A DNA stretch of 64,000 nucleotides, taken from IMG/VR virus record IMGVR_UViG_3300025789_000018, one strand, 5' to 3'. How positions within the stretch are numbered: the stretch's first letter is position 1; every line of letters starts with the position of its first letter. This DNA is from a virus. Taxonomy: Duplodnaviria > Caudoviricetes. Shown here piece by piece: positions 8,950-18,349 of this stretch. The position numbers and the translations under genes are program-made. The notes under the pieces are model-generated. The model made no database searches and was not told the origin of the DNA. It worked only from the letters and a program-made list of their open reading frames with translations.

Positions 8950-9702
8950 TTAGTAAACAGATAAATGTCGATCTTGCATTTTTATCAGATATTCGTTTAG
9001 CTTATCAATGTAGCCCATATTACGTAACTCCTTAAAGAGGAGGTTCTCAACAGAAAGTTCACCAGATTTGTGAATACCAGAAGAACGCATATTGCGGATC
9101 TTGATCTTGAGGCGCTTAATGTCCTCGCTATGGTCACCAGTCTTTGTGAGAACATCTTCGATCTGTTTGATTAGATGTTCAAGTCTATTCTTAAAGCCTG
9201 TGTCATTGTGAAAGTCACCTGGCTTCTCTTTTCTTGGCTTGAACAGCCACTTGTCTTGCATTAGAGAGTAGACACCACGATTTGCTTTAGGTGACACCAA
9301 CTTCTCTCTATAACTCTGCGCATATAGTTCAACAGGATATCCCATGACAGTCAGCGATGGATGTTTGTATCCCCATAAAAGTTTCTTATCATAAAGATAA
9401 TCATCAAGATACACGCGGTTGATACCTGGAATCTTTGAAATGTTGATCAGTAGATGAACGTCTAGATCGGAATGTGGTGTATAGTTATAGTTTGCATTGC
9501 CACCAGTGAACACGATGTCTTTGATAGCATCTTCTGGAATATTGGCAAACACAGCAAACATTCTACCAATCAATAGAAGACGTTCTTTGATGTTCTGCTT
9601 TAGTTCATCACCATCCCAGATAAGAGGATTCAACTCATCATGATACTGAAACGTAAGAGAGATATCTTCTCTTAGAAAGTGACCAAACTTGTGCATTGAC
9701 AT
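8950..9702 (-). CDS. Pol-beta superfamily nucleotidyltransferase
   Basis: GGNANYNYTPHSDLDVH (G-x-..DxD) and PVELY third-acid motif. Confidence 0.75.
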   Translation of the reverse strand: MSMHKFGHFLREDISLTFQYHDELNPLIWDGDELKQNIKERLLLIGRMFAVFANIPEDAIKDIVFTGGNANYNYTPHSDLDVHLLINISKIPGINRVYLDDYLYDKKLLWGYKHPSLTVMGYPVELYAQSYREKLVSPKANRGVYSLMQDKWLFKPRKEKPGDFHNDTGFKNRLEHLIKQIEDVLTKTGDHSEDIKRLKIKIRNMRSSGIHKSGELSVENLLFKELRNMGYIDKLNEYLIKMQDRHLSVY

Positions 9703-9705
9703 TCC

Positions 9706-10188
9706 TTATAGATTTTGATAAGGATCATAGTTGGCATCTGGGTACCATGAACCATTGAAGAGTTTGTTTTGATCTTTTACAGAAACAAACTGGACATGAT
9801 CCATGTCCTTGAATGTATGTACTGCTTTAGGAGTGCCCCAATCTGCACCAGAGATAAGACCGTGCTTTGTTGCTAGTCTGCAAAGGAACGTATAGTCGCC
9901 TTCAAATGAAGGTTGACCATTGACCAGCTTTACGATATCACAAGCAAGCCCATAGTGATGTACACCAACATTCTTCAGCTTCGTGGCATGTTGATTGAAG
10001 AGTTGTACCTGGCGTTCATCTGAGCGATAAGTTTCTAGGATCTTTAGTGGTTGACCAGCAGCAGCAGATTCTGCCATAAGTGCCTCGACTTTGGCTTTGA
10101 ACGCTGGGAATAACAAGTCTAAAGAGTTTACCATGTTTGTTGTATGAAACAATGGGCTCTTTTGGATTACATCTGTGTAGAAACTCAT
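9706..10188 (-). CDS. endolysin, M15 (L-Ala-D-Glu-type) peptidase
   Basis: ETYRSDERQ, HHYGLACD, DMDHVQ zinc-binding pattern; late promoter upstream. Confidence 0.8.
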   Translation of the reverse strand: MSFYTDVIQKSPLFHTTNMVNSLDLLFPAFKAKVEALMAESAAAGQPLKILETYRSDERQVQLFNQHATKLKNVGVHHYGLACDIVKLVNGQPSFEGDYTFLCRLATKHGLISGADWGTPKAVHTFKDMDHVQFVSVKDQNKLFNGSWYPDANYDPYQNL

Positions 10189-10206
10189 CGCTATAGTCCT
10201 TGAAAC

Positions 10207-10235
10207 AAAAAGAGAGGGACAATATGCCCCTCTCT
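10207..10235 (-). terminator. intrinsic terminator overlapping a late promoter
   Basis: AGAGAGGG/CCCTCTCT 8-bp stem followed by a U-run on the minus strand; TATAAATA at 10235-10242. Confidence 0.75.
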
Positions 10236-10244
10236 ATTTATAGA

Positions 10245-10286
10245 TTATCCTAGATAATCCCATTCGTCCTCAGTATATGGCCACAT
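10245..10286 (-). CDS. micropeptide MWPYTEDEWDYLG (13 aa)
   Basis: Strong AAGGAGA SD at correct spacing; not in track. Confidence 0.45.
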   Translation of the reverse strand: MWPYTEDEWDYLG

Positions 10287-10297
10287 AGACAATCTCC

Positions 10298-10393
10298 TTA
10301 TAGTGCAAGAAGATTATACATAGTGATCAAACATAGACCTGCAATGGTAAACCCTGCAACTCTTGATACAGGGACGATGTATTTTTCTAGCAT
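10298..10393 (-). CDS. small single-pass membrane peptide (31 aa)
   Basis: MLEKYIVPVSRVAGFTIAGLCLITMYNLLAL; ATG abuts the hsp20 stop. Confidence 0.5.
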   Translation of the reverse strand: MLEKYIVPVSRVAGFTIAGLCLITMYNLLAL

Positions 10394-10939
10394 TTATTTT
10401 CCTTCTCTTTCAGCCAGATATTCTGCGGTAGAAGAAGATTTTTTTGTTGTATGGATATCATGTTTGTCTTGAATGTCAATCTTCTTCGGTTTCTTATGTT
10501 CTGGAATGACATACTCCAGACCAACGCGAAGAATCCCATTTAGAAGTTCTGCGCCAGTGATTTCAACATGATCAGCAAGTGTGAACTGGCGCGTAAATGG
10601 ACGCATTGCCAATCCTTGATGTAGAAATAGTGGCCAAGTCCATTCGCCTTCTGAATCTTTCTCAGAAGATTCACCTGACTTGACATTGCCCTTAATAGTT
10701 AGTTTACCATCAGAGAGTTCAACGTCAATATCTTCGCGCGCGAAACCCGCAACTGCCACTTCAATGACATACTTGTTTTCATCAATCTTTTTGATGTTGT
10801 ATGGTGGGTAGTTCGTAGAAAGCTTTGCTGTCTGCTCTGCCGCTGATGCTAGTTTCTGTACTAGAGGATCAAAGCCAACAAAAAACTTATCTATTTCTGG
10901 GGTAAAAGCAAAGCTTGAGCCGTAAAAAGTGTTAGCCAT
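10394..10939 (-). CDS. hsp20: small heat-shock protein Hsp20 (IbpA-like)
   Basis: YPPYNIKK, VAVAGF, HQGLAMRPFTRQFTLADHV, NGIL; start at ATG 10939 after AGGAG. Confidence 0.93.
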   Translation of the reverse strand: MANTFYGSSFAFTPEIDKFFVGFDPLVQKLASAAEQTAKLSTNYPPYNIKKIDENKYVIEVAVAGFAREDIDVELSDGKLTIKGNVKSGESSEKDSEGEWTWPLFLHQGLAMRPFTRQFTLADHVEITGAELLNGILRVGLEYVIPEHKKPKKIDIQDKHDIHTTKKSSSTAEYLAEREGK

Positions 10940-10999
10940 ATTAGTTCTCCTATTTAAGCGAGAGTTGATGTAATGTCTACCCATTTGGCATAGACGAGT

Positions 11000-11007
11000 T
11001 ATTTATA
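11000..11007 (-). promoter_or_regulatory. T4-type late promoter TATAAATA
   Basis: Exact gp55 consensus upstream of hsp20. The same motif also occurs at e.g. 10235, 16120, 28304, 34871, 35624, 37069, 45011, 46748 and 49860. Confidence 0.8.
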
Positions 11008-11210
11008 AACGTTTCCACTTACTGCCGAGAAGAATCCTGGTCTTCATTCTGAACCACCAGGATTTCTCTTCTCTAAACTTTAACACGATTGCATTAGGAT
11101 CACCAAATACAACCCACTCCCATATGAAGGGTGGTAGCTTCGGTGTAGGCGTCCATACTGGTTCCCATGGTTGCATAATGTATCATCCTGAAAGTTTGTC
11201 TTTGTATAAT

Positions 11211-11606
11211 CTAACGTTTTCCTATATTATATTTTGTTACAAGATTCCAATCATGCTTTTCTTTGTATGATAAAATCTTGATTTGATTTAGTGGAGTGAT
11301 TGGTTCTTCTGTTTTCTTTGGTTCAACAATAGTGAGTAAACCCCACTCTGCCAAAAGATTGATGATTGTGTTTCTACGACCTTCATCTGTATCCGAGAAA
11401 TCAGTTGGTTTGCCATCAAGAGCAAACAACTCTTTGAAGTGAACGATATAGTATTTCTTCTGCTTATGCAGAATATGACAGGACTGATACAGGATCTTGT
11501 CCTTACGTGAAGCGATCCCAATGCGAGTCAACGTTTCTTTAATCTTCAAGAAATCGTCTGGCTCTTTTAGGGTTACCTCTACTAGAGCCTCTACTGTCAG
11601 TTTCAT
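11211..11606 (-). CDS. regA: translational repressor RegA
   Basis: FLKIKETLTRIGIAS, LYQSCHILHKQ, YYIVHFKELFALDG. Confidence 0.95.
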   Translation of the reverse strand: MKLTVEALVEVTLKEPDDFLKIKETLTRIGIASRKDKILYQSCHILHKQKKYYIVHFKELFALDGKPTDFSDTDEGRRNTIINLLAEWGLLTIVEPKKTEEPITPLNQIKILSYKEKHDWNLVTKYNIGKR

Positions 11607-12082
11607 TTTGTTCCACCCTTACTTAATCTTTTCTTTATATTTTTTACCTGTTCGGATGACAATACAGACAACGCAACTTCAGCTTTTCGGTCCGAGTAAC
11701 CGAATGCTTCTTTGATGATGTCTAGATCGGCATCTTTTTCTTTCTTAGGCCATTTCGACTTCCGAAACTTTGGTCTAACAGTATTTAGTAAAAAATCGTA
11801 TTGAAGTTTCTTGTCTAGGTGATAGTATTGGTTAACAAGGTTTGCTAATGTTGCGGTATCATGAAACAAAGATAGCCCGCGGTTGACAATCCAAGGATTG
11901 TATTCTTTCTCCACTTGCGCTGGATCGTGTGGTCCGTTGAATAGGTTCTTATGTGTATTGATACTGTCGATGAAATCGAAGGGGCTGTAGATCGCTTTAG
12001 GCCTAAAGTCCTCTTCTTCAACCTCTACAATATCACTGGCAAGATTCATTACATCGAATACACTGTTCACTTGAAATCGCAA
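11603..12082 (-). CDS. gp62: clamp loader small subunit
   Basis: PFDFIDSIN, YNPWIVNRGLS, QYDFLLNTVRPKFR; position between gp44 and regA. Confidence 0.88.
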   Translation of the reverse strand: MRFQVNSVFDVMNLASDIVEVEEEDFRPKAIYSPFDFIDSINTHKNLFNGPHDPAQVEKEYNPWIVNRGLSLFHDTATLANLVNQYYHLDKKLQYDFLLNTVRPKFRKSKWPKKEKDADLDIIKEAFGYSDRKAEVALSVLSSEQVKNIKKRLSKGGTK

Positions 12083-13005
12083 TCTGCCATGATCGATAGA
12101 ACGAACGCAGCGGTATTGATTTCCTGATTGGCGACAAATGCAGACTTGTATTGAAACTCAGCTAGGTGAAGGATCAGTTGACCAATAGAGTTGTCTTTAA
12201 CAATATCTGCAATGTTATCGTACATATCACGAAACAGTGTGGTGCTATCAATGTCAGTGTTCTCTCCTACCCACTTACGAGCAGCAAAGAAGTTCTTTGC
12301 TTTCAGTGCAACAAGAAGTGTCTTATAACTATCAGACCCACTATTACCAAGAATACTCTTGTCGATATTGCCTGTCGCGGAATGCCTCTGAAGTTCATTT
12401 AGAACCCTCCTCCAATCTGGAAAGTGACGATTGATCAACTCAGCGATTACAGGCTTATCATACGTAACGCCTTCAGCATCTAGGATACCAGAGATACGCT
12501 TCATAAACTGAACCGCAAGAACGGGCTTATCTTTCTTGGCAATGTTAAACTCAACAACAGAACACCGAGAATGTAGAGGTGCGATAAGCCGATTCTTAAA
12601 GTTGCATGTCAGAATGAAACCACAGTTACGGCTAAACTCTTCCATGAAGTTACGAAACGCTGGCTGCACTTTGTCAGCAGACAGATAATCTGCCTCGTCA
12701 ATGATGACGTATTTACGACCACCCTTGAACGAGACAGACGATGCAAAACCAGTGATTTCATTTCGAAGAACATCGATACCAGCATTCAACGAACCGTTGA
12801 TGATGATATAATCACAGTCCAGTTGCTCTAGCATTGCACGAGCAACGGTGGTCTTGCCTACACCAGGACCACCCGTGAGTAGTAGATTTGGGATGTTCTT
12901 TTGATCAACAAACTGTTGAAACGTTTCTTTTAGATCAGCAGGAAGAATACAATCTTCAATCGACTTTGGCCGATATCGCTCCACCCACAAAAAGTCTTCA
13001 AGCAT
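12067..13005 (-). CDS. gp44: clamp loader large subunit (AAA+)
   Basis: LWVERYRP, GGPGVGKTT, IIDEAD, PLHSRC. Confidence 0.96.
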   Translation of the reverse strand: MLEDFLWVERYRPKSIEDCILPADLKETFQQFVDQKNIPNLLLTGGPGVGKTTVARAMLEQLDCDYIIINGSLNAGIDVLRNEITGFASSVSFKGGRKYVIIDEADYLSADKVQPAFRNFMEEFSRNCGFILTCNFKNRLIAPLHSRCSVVEFNIAKKDKPVLAVQFMKRISGILDAEGVTYDKPVIAELINRHFPDWRRVLNELQRHSATGNIDKSILGNSGSDSYKTLLVALKAKNFFAARKWVGENTDIDSTTLFRDMYDNIADIVKDNSIGQLILHLAEFQYKSAFVANQEINTAAFVLSIMADCDFK

Positions 13006-13099
13006 AATATATTCCTTTCAAACAAGATTCATTATAAGTAGATGTAGGTCACGATGTAACAGCATCTACCTACTCTAACGCTTTTACGGAGCATCAGCT

Positions 13100-13648
13100 A
13101 TGTTTATATATAAGATCACGAACAAAGTCAATGGTAAAACATACATTGGCAAAACATCAAAGTCTATCGAAGAGAGATTTCGTAGACACTTCTATCATCA
13201 CAAAACAGGAAATACACATCTATATAGAGCCATGAGAAAATATGGATTCGATAGTTTTTCTGTAGCAATGATCGAAGAAACTTCTCAACTAAATGAGAGG
13301 GAGATATTCTGGATCAAAGAACTTCAGCCCGAATATAATATGACTAAAGGTGGAGATGGTGGCGATTCATCTAAATCTCTCACTTTCATAAAATCAATAG
13401 AAGTGTATCATAAAAACAAATCTAAAGAATCTTATGCTACATATGGAATGCTAGGTAAAAAACAATCACAGAAGTTCTTCGAATCGATCAAGAAATCTAA
13501 CAGTTGTCCAGTAATGTGTGAAGGTGTCCAATATTCTTCTGTAGGTGAAGCAGAAAAAGCTTATCCTGGTATCAATCTAAGAAAAAGATTGGACAACCCA
13601 AAATATCCACATTTCTATCGTTTGCGAGAAAGAACCAGAAGAGGTTAA
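13100..13648 (+). mobile_element. free-standing GIY-YIG homing endonuclease (Seg-like), antisense between gp45 and gp44
   Basis: MFIYKITNKVNGKTYIGKT, RFRRH, LNEREIFWI, YNMTKGGDGG; own TATAAGTA promoter at 13033. Confidence 0.88.
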
Positions 13649-14301
13649 CTGAAGGAAGAATCTTTCTCTGTCGCAATGAAGTATGTAACACCAGTCGCAG
13701 TAAACTTTGAGATGCCCGCCTTTGAGATTGATACATCATAGTCATTAGGAAGAAGCTTAAGATTTTCATTCTTAAAGATAGCATTGAATACAAGATTGGT
13801 AGAACCTACCACGATGCTGTACTTGTCCTTCGAAGGATTCTTGCTATCATCAGCCGATAGATAGATGTTTTCACCATCACCAGAGATGATTGTTTCTGGA
13901 AGACCAAGAACACCAGCAGCCTTTTGAACCTTAGTGAGGTCTTCTTGGGTGATAGATAGATTGATTTCAGCAGCAGGGAAGTTTAGATCCTTTGCGGGTG
14001 AAGTAACGAACGTTGATGGATCAGCGTAGGTGTATACTAGCTTACGCTTGTCTGAGGCAATAGTAGCCTGTGTTTCACCGAAGTGGATTTCTGGCTGATC
14101 AAACAGCAATAGCGCACCAAGAAACTTTGATAGATCATAGATTGCAAAGTCACGGTCAAAGGTTTCTTGAACTTCTGCACTCGCCATCACAGTCTTTTGT
14201 GGTGAGATAGTGCGAATCATATTACCAGAGCGAAACAGAATGCCGTGATTGATTGACGAAAAGTTCTTGAGGACAGTAAGGGTATTTTCACTTAGCTTCA
14301 T
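13645..14301 (-). CDS. gp45: sliding clamp
   Basis: MKLSENTLTVLKNFSSIN, FAIYDLSKFL, FKNENLKLLPNDYDVSIS. Confidence 0.95.
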   Translation of the reverse strand: MKLSENTLTVLKNFSSINHGILFRSGNMIRTISPQKTVMASAEVQETFDRDFAIYDLSKFLGALLLFDQPEIHFGETQATIASDKRKLVYTYADPSTFVTSPAKDLNFPAAEINLSITQEDLTKVQKAAGVLGLPETIISGDGENIYLSADDSKNPSKDKYSIVVGSTNLVFNAIFKNENLKLLPNDYDVSISKAGISKFTATGVTYFIATEKDSSFS

Positions 14302-14385
14302 AGTATCATCCTTTTCAATGTGGTGTTTCCAAAGATCACCTTGGAAACACCGTTATAACAAACCTATAGGCAGAAGTCTAGACTT

Positions 14386-15348
14386 TTATCCCTTTTTGCC
14401 CAACTTTGATGGATCAGCAGTAGCAGCAGCGCCAACGGCTGCTAGATCAGCGAGTGAACCACCAAACACGTATGAACCAACATGCTGTAGCTGAATCCAT
14501 GGAGCAAGCCATACCTTTAGACCAATCTTACGTGCCCACTGGCAGAACATATAGTCTTCTGATAGATAGCGATTCGAGTATTCAAAACCAAAAGCAGAAT
14601 GCTTTGCATCGTCAAGGAACGCGACAACTTGTTCCTGAGTAGCCTTAGGATTCTTCTTGTAGAACTCACGAATCTCATTGCTGATATGCGCGTGCTTGTT
14701 GTCGATAAGTGCATCAAACAAGCAAGGGATTTCACGCGAACCATCAAATGCGGCTGTGCGAACGTGGTCAGGGCGATACATCAGATGTGGGTATTCGGTG
14801 GTCATCTTTTCGAGAGCCGAACGCTTGATCATCATAAAGCCAGTACCAGATTCTAGAACTTCGGCGGGTTCAGCGATCTTGATTTCGTTCTTGCCATTAG
14901 CAGGATTGAAAACATAGTCACCAACAAACTTTTCAAGAACACTGGCATCCTGATCGGCAAAGCCCTTATCAACAGCCATCTTGATCTTTTCCCATGAGAT
15001 GCACTTCTTAGGATATGGACCACAAAGGATGTCGTATTCTGATTCTTCACTCATCAGAGCAAGCATCGTCATTACGTCATTGGAGTTAAAGCCAATGTCT
15101 GAGTCGATGAACATCAAGTGTGTGCAGTCTGACCGAAGGAACTCATCTACGCAGTAGTTACGAGCGCGGGTGATAAGTGATTCGTTGAACAGATAGTAAT
15201 ACTTGACTTCAACACCATAATGAACGGCTAGTGCTGATAGATCGTTTGTGCTACGACAGAACATGCCTGCACATGCACCACCATACATTGGAGTTGCAAC
15301 AAATAGTTTACGCTTGCGTAGTTCTTCAATAGGTACCTTAACTTCCAT
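14386..15348 (-). CDS. GT-A-fold glycosyltransferase-like protein
   Basis: LFVATPMYGG, ESLITRARN, LMFIDSDI (DxD), YLSEDYMFC, LQHVG. Confidence 0.65.
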   Translation of the reverse strand: MEVKVPIEELRKRKLFVATPMYGGACAGMFCRSTNDLSALAVHYGVEVKYYYLFNESLITRARNYCVDEFLRSDCTHLMFIDSDIGFNSNDVMTMLALMSEESEYDILCGPYPKKCISWEKIKMAVDKGFADQDASVLEKFVGDYVFNPANGKNEIKIAEPAEVLESGTGFMMIKRSALEKMTTEYPHLMYRPDHVRTAAFDGSREIPCLFDALIDNKHAHISNEIREFYKKNPKATQEQVVAFLDDAKHSAFGFEYSNRYLSEDYMFCQWARKIGLKVWLAPWIQLQHVGSYVFGGSLADLAAVGAAATADPSKLGKKG

Positions 15349-15355
15349 ATTATAT

Positions 15356-16060
15356 TCACCTTTCTTTTACAAAGCGACCATTTTGGTCTTGTTTTGATAA
15401 TCTTTTTTTAGCTTCATTACTTTTTATGCCAACATATAGTCCTTTATTGTTGAGGAATATTTCCCTATCGATCTTCAATATGTTTCCATCCAAATCTACA
15501 CAGACAACTTTACTCTTATTGTTGTAACCAAGTTTGGTTCCAATATCTTTCGCTGCAAGTCTTCTTATTTGTGACTGTTCATGTCCAAATATTTCTTCCC
15601 AAGTCTTATCTTTTTTCGCTAAAGATTGTTTTTGTTTGGTGTGTTCAGATCGTTTACACCCAAAAGATGGGTTGTGTACACCAAACATACGAACTTTTTT
15701 TCTTGATCCGGACGCATATGCAGAAACTAAACTATCAGATATGAGGGATTTTGTATGATCGGAAGTAATAAATCCACATCCTCTACCACCATATCTACCG
15801 TTTTCTGATTTTAGATTTGCCCACTCTTTGGATTGAACTATGTCATTTTTTTCTGAGAAGATCAAAGCAAACGTTGAACATAATTCCTGATCATCAAACC
15901 CAAAAATTTCTAAAGTTGTCTGTGTGGATTTATGTTTCTTTAGATGACGTATCCAATATTTTCCTGATCCTCTATATCTGAAAGGATCAGTATTCTCGGT
16001 TTTGCCGAAATATTTGAGTCCGCAATGTGTGCATTGTTTGACATAGAGATAAATAGTCAT
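15356..16060 (-). mobile_element. GIY-YIG homing endonuclease (CxxC subtype)
   Basis: IYLYVKQCTHCGLKYFGKT, YRGSGKYW, WANLKSENG, NUMOD-like basic repeats. Confidence 0.85.
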
Positions 16061-16144
16061 GCTGGTAACTCCTATATAGTTCTAGAGTAGTCGGAGGCGG
16101 CAACCTCGTGGACTACAATTATTTATATAGGAGTACATTTATAG

Positions 16145-16630
16145 CTATCTCTTATGCTCTAGATCGTGTACGTACAAAGCTATAATAGCATAATGTATTA
16201 CTTTCATCAAGTCTTTTCTCCAATCGTCTGTAGATCCTTTTTGACCGTAACGACCAGAATACTTATCAACATTGCCTAGACAAAATCCTAGTCCACGACC
16301 ACGATCAATCGCAATTTCAGTTGATTGTATGTTGCCTTGCGCATAGTGTTCGCCATACGTCTTATCGATATAATCGGCGATTTCTTGAAGTGCTTTGTCT
16401 TCGTTGTATTTATAATCGATTTTTGATGGTTGTATTCTACGAAAAAACTCTTCATTAGTTTCTCCATTATATTGATTATGTTGTTTTTTCATTTCTTTAC
16501 GATTAAGTTCATCTGCCAAATATGTGTCGATTGGGCGTTTATACGGGCTGTCTGCTACCTGCCGTCTTACAAAGTCCTCCCAAGTTTCTATTCCAAGACC
16601 AACTGGATTTAATCCATCACTTTCACTCAT
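16145..16630 (-). CDS. conserved phage protein (DUF3310-like)
   Basis: YKYNED..L, TYGEHY, GFCLGNVDKYSGRYGQKG, DLMKVIHYA. Confidence 0.65.
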   Translation of the reverse strand: MSESDGLNPVGLGIETWEDFVRRQVADSPYKRPIDTYLADELNRKEMKKQHNQYNGETNEEFFRRIQPSKIDYKYNEDKALQEIADYIDKTYGEHYAQGNIQSTEIAIDRGRGLGFCLGNVDKYSGRYGQKGSTDDWRKDLMKVIHYAIIALYVHDLEHKR

Positions 16631-17079
16631 TCTTCACCTTCCATTTCATATTGCAGATAAATCACACCCGCTTCTTCAAGAATGTCTTTAGCGAGTTTTG
16701 TGGATTCTTTCCAGTGTTCAGGCAGATTCTTAGGAACTTCTGCAATAACAGTTCTGATGCCAACTTGAATGATACCTTTGCAACATTCAGAGCATACAGG
16801 TAAACCATACACGTATAGTTTGGCTCCGTCAAGAGATATTCCATTTAAACATGCATTATAGATGCAGTTCATTTCTCCGTGAACGACATACTTATACTTC
16901 GTTTCACGATCATTCAAGCGATCATCATCTTTGATACCTCTTGGAAAGCCATTGTATCCAGTTGCCAGGACATTTTGATTTTTTCCAATAGCAACAACAC
17001 CAATCTGTTTAGATGGATCTTTTGACCAAGTTGAGATATTCTTAGCCGTATCCAAATGACGGCGTGTCCACTTATGCAT
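16627..17079 (-). CDS. cd: dCMP deaminase
   Basis: TGYNGFPRG, VVHGEMNCI, PVCSECC zinc motifs. Confidence 0.9.
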   Translation of the reverse strand: MHKWTRRHLDTAKNISTWSKDPSKQIGVVAIGKNQNVLATGYNGFPRGIKDDDRLNDRETKYKYVVHGEMNCIYNACLNGISLDGAKLYVYGLPVCSECCKGIIQVGIRTVIAEVPKNLPEHWKESTKLAKDILEEAGVIYLQYEMEGEE

Positions 17080-17993
17080 TATACAGTTTCTTTCTTCAAA
17101 CGAACTAGTTTCATTCCGTAGTTGTCTACTTTAGGTAGTGACTTCAGATCAATGTCTTTCTTCATAATCAACTGGTTCTTCTTGAATGGACCATAGTCAA
17201 CGTAATGATGCCATCTACCGTAGCGAAATACCATGCGGGCCACGTCTGGATGCATGTCTACGAGCATTTGTGACTTGTTGATTGTTCCCTCTGGATTAAG
17301 CTGGCCATCTCTCCATTGAGCCTTGTCTTGTGTGCCTTCAGCATGATAAAACTCAGCAGTGTTACCACCTTTGACAGTCTGTGTTGCAGCTTTGCCTTGA
17401 AGAAAAGCATTAAACTGAATAGTACAATCACCATCTTTCAATACACGAAGGCAGATATCAGTATCTTCGTTGTAACGACCACGCCAGCGATGCTTACAAT
17501 CATTTCGGATAAGCAATGTGGAATAGATACGAGTGTTTGTTACAAAGGCAGGATACTTCTGATTTGGTGCAATAAAGAAACGATATTGAAAACCAGAGAT
17601 AGGAACATTCTCATATCGGTCAACAAAGTCTTCAGCAACTTTGAAGATCACACCAGATTCAACGCGAATACGACTGTTTTCATGGAGACGATAAAAGTCT
17701 GTGATGTTGTCGTCCATTACCCAGTGACTAGTTGCACCAATAGAGATAGAATGATCCCAGCACCAGTTTCTAGCGCGACCTGGTCCGTCGCCGTGATTAC
17801 TGAAAGGTGCAACTAGAAGAGTGACATACTCACGGATGCCAAAGTTGTCTAGTGCTTGTTCATACAAAGCTTCATCCTGTGGTTCAATCGCAATGTAATG
17901 TGGCACTTTCATTCGTGCCAATGAACGAGAGGTCAGCATTGATTCATGCCGACCTTTACTAATGATATAGACAGGATATTTTGGATTAGTCAT
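17079..17993 (-). CDS. putative glycosyltransferase, TAGT/GREB1-like family
   Basis: YPVYIISKGR, ARNWCWDHS, HWVMDDNI, RGRYNEDTDICL, GGNT; start MTNPKY overlaps the partner stop. Confidence 0.65.
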   Translation of the reverse strand: MTNPKYPVYIISKGRHESMLTSRSLARMKVPHYIAIEPQDEALYEQALDNFGIREYVTLLVAPFSNHGDGPGRARNWCWDHSISIGATSHWVMDDNITDFYRLHENSRIRVESGVIFKVAEDFVDRYENVPISGFQYRFFIAPNQKYPAFVTNTRIYSTLLIRNDCKHRWRGRYNEDTDICLRVLKDGDCTIQFNAFLQGKAATQTVKGGNTAEFYHAEGTQDKAQWRDGQLNPEGTINKSQMLVDMHPDVARMVFRYGRWHHYVDYGPFKKNQLIMKKDIDLKSLPKVDNYGMKLVRLKKETV

Positions 17994-18336
17994 CAGTTTC
18001 AATCCACCTACGAAGTGCATTTGCATCACGATCTAGCTTTGGATGCCAGATGCTTTTTGTTTTGATAGTAAGATGCTGATCGATCAACTTGGCAAACTCT
18101 TCATAGTCTTCTTTGTTACGGAAGCTTACGTAAATCTGTTTATATGGTGGATTAGTATCTTGCTTGAACTCGGGCATTCCTACCCAATGTTTCTTCCACT
18201 TTACATCATCTTGCTCCAAAGTTTCGTCTTCAGGCAAGAATGCATCAAGAGTAGATACACCATAAGAGATGTTCTTTGAGTCAATCAGACTTTCGTATTC
18301 TGTAGATTCATCAACTACAGGCTTATTGTCTTCCAT
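17986..18336 (-). CDS. hypothetical protein coupled to the TAGT-like gene
   Basis: HWVGMPEFKQ, VSFRNKEDYEEFAKLIDQ, TKSIWHP; overlaps the downstream start. Confidence 0.7.
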   Translation of the reverse strand: MEDNKPVVDESTEYESLIDSKNISYGVSTLDAFLPEDETLEQDDVKWKKHWVGMPEFKQDTNPPYKQIYVSFRNKEDYEEFAKLIDQHLTIKTKSIWHPKLDRDANALRRWIETDD

Positions 18337-18349
18337 AATATACTCCGTC

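Noticed and set aside
14322-14351. 11-bp hairpin upstream of gp45 as a terminator
   Set aside because: There is no U-tract on the coding strand. It may be a processing or stability element, but there is no further evidence.
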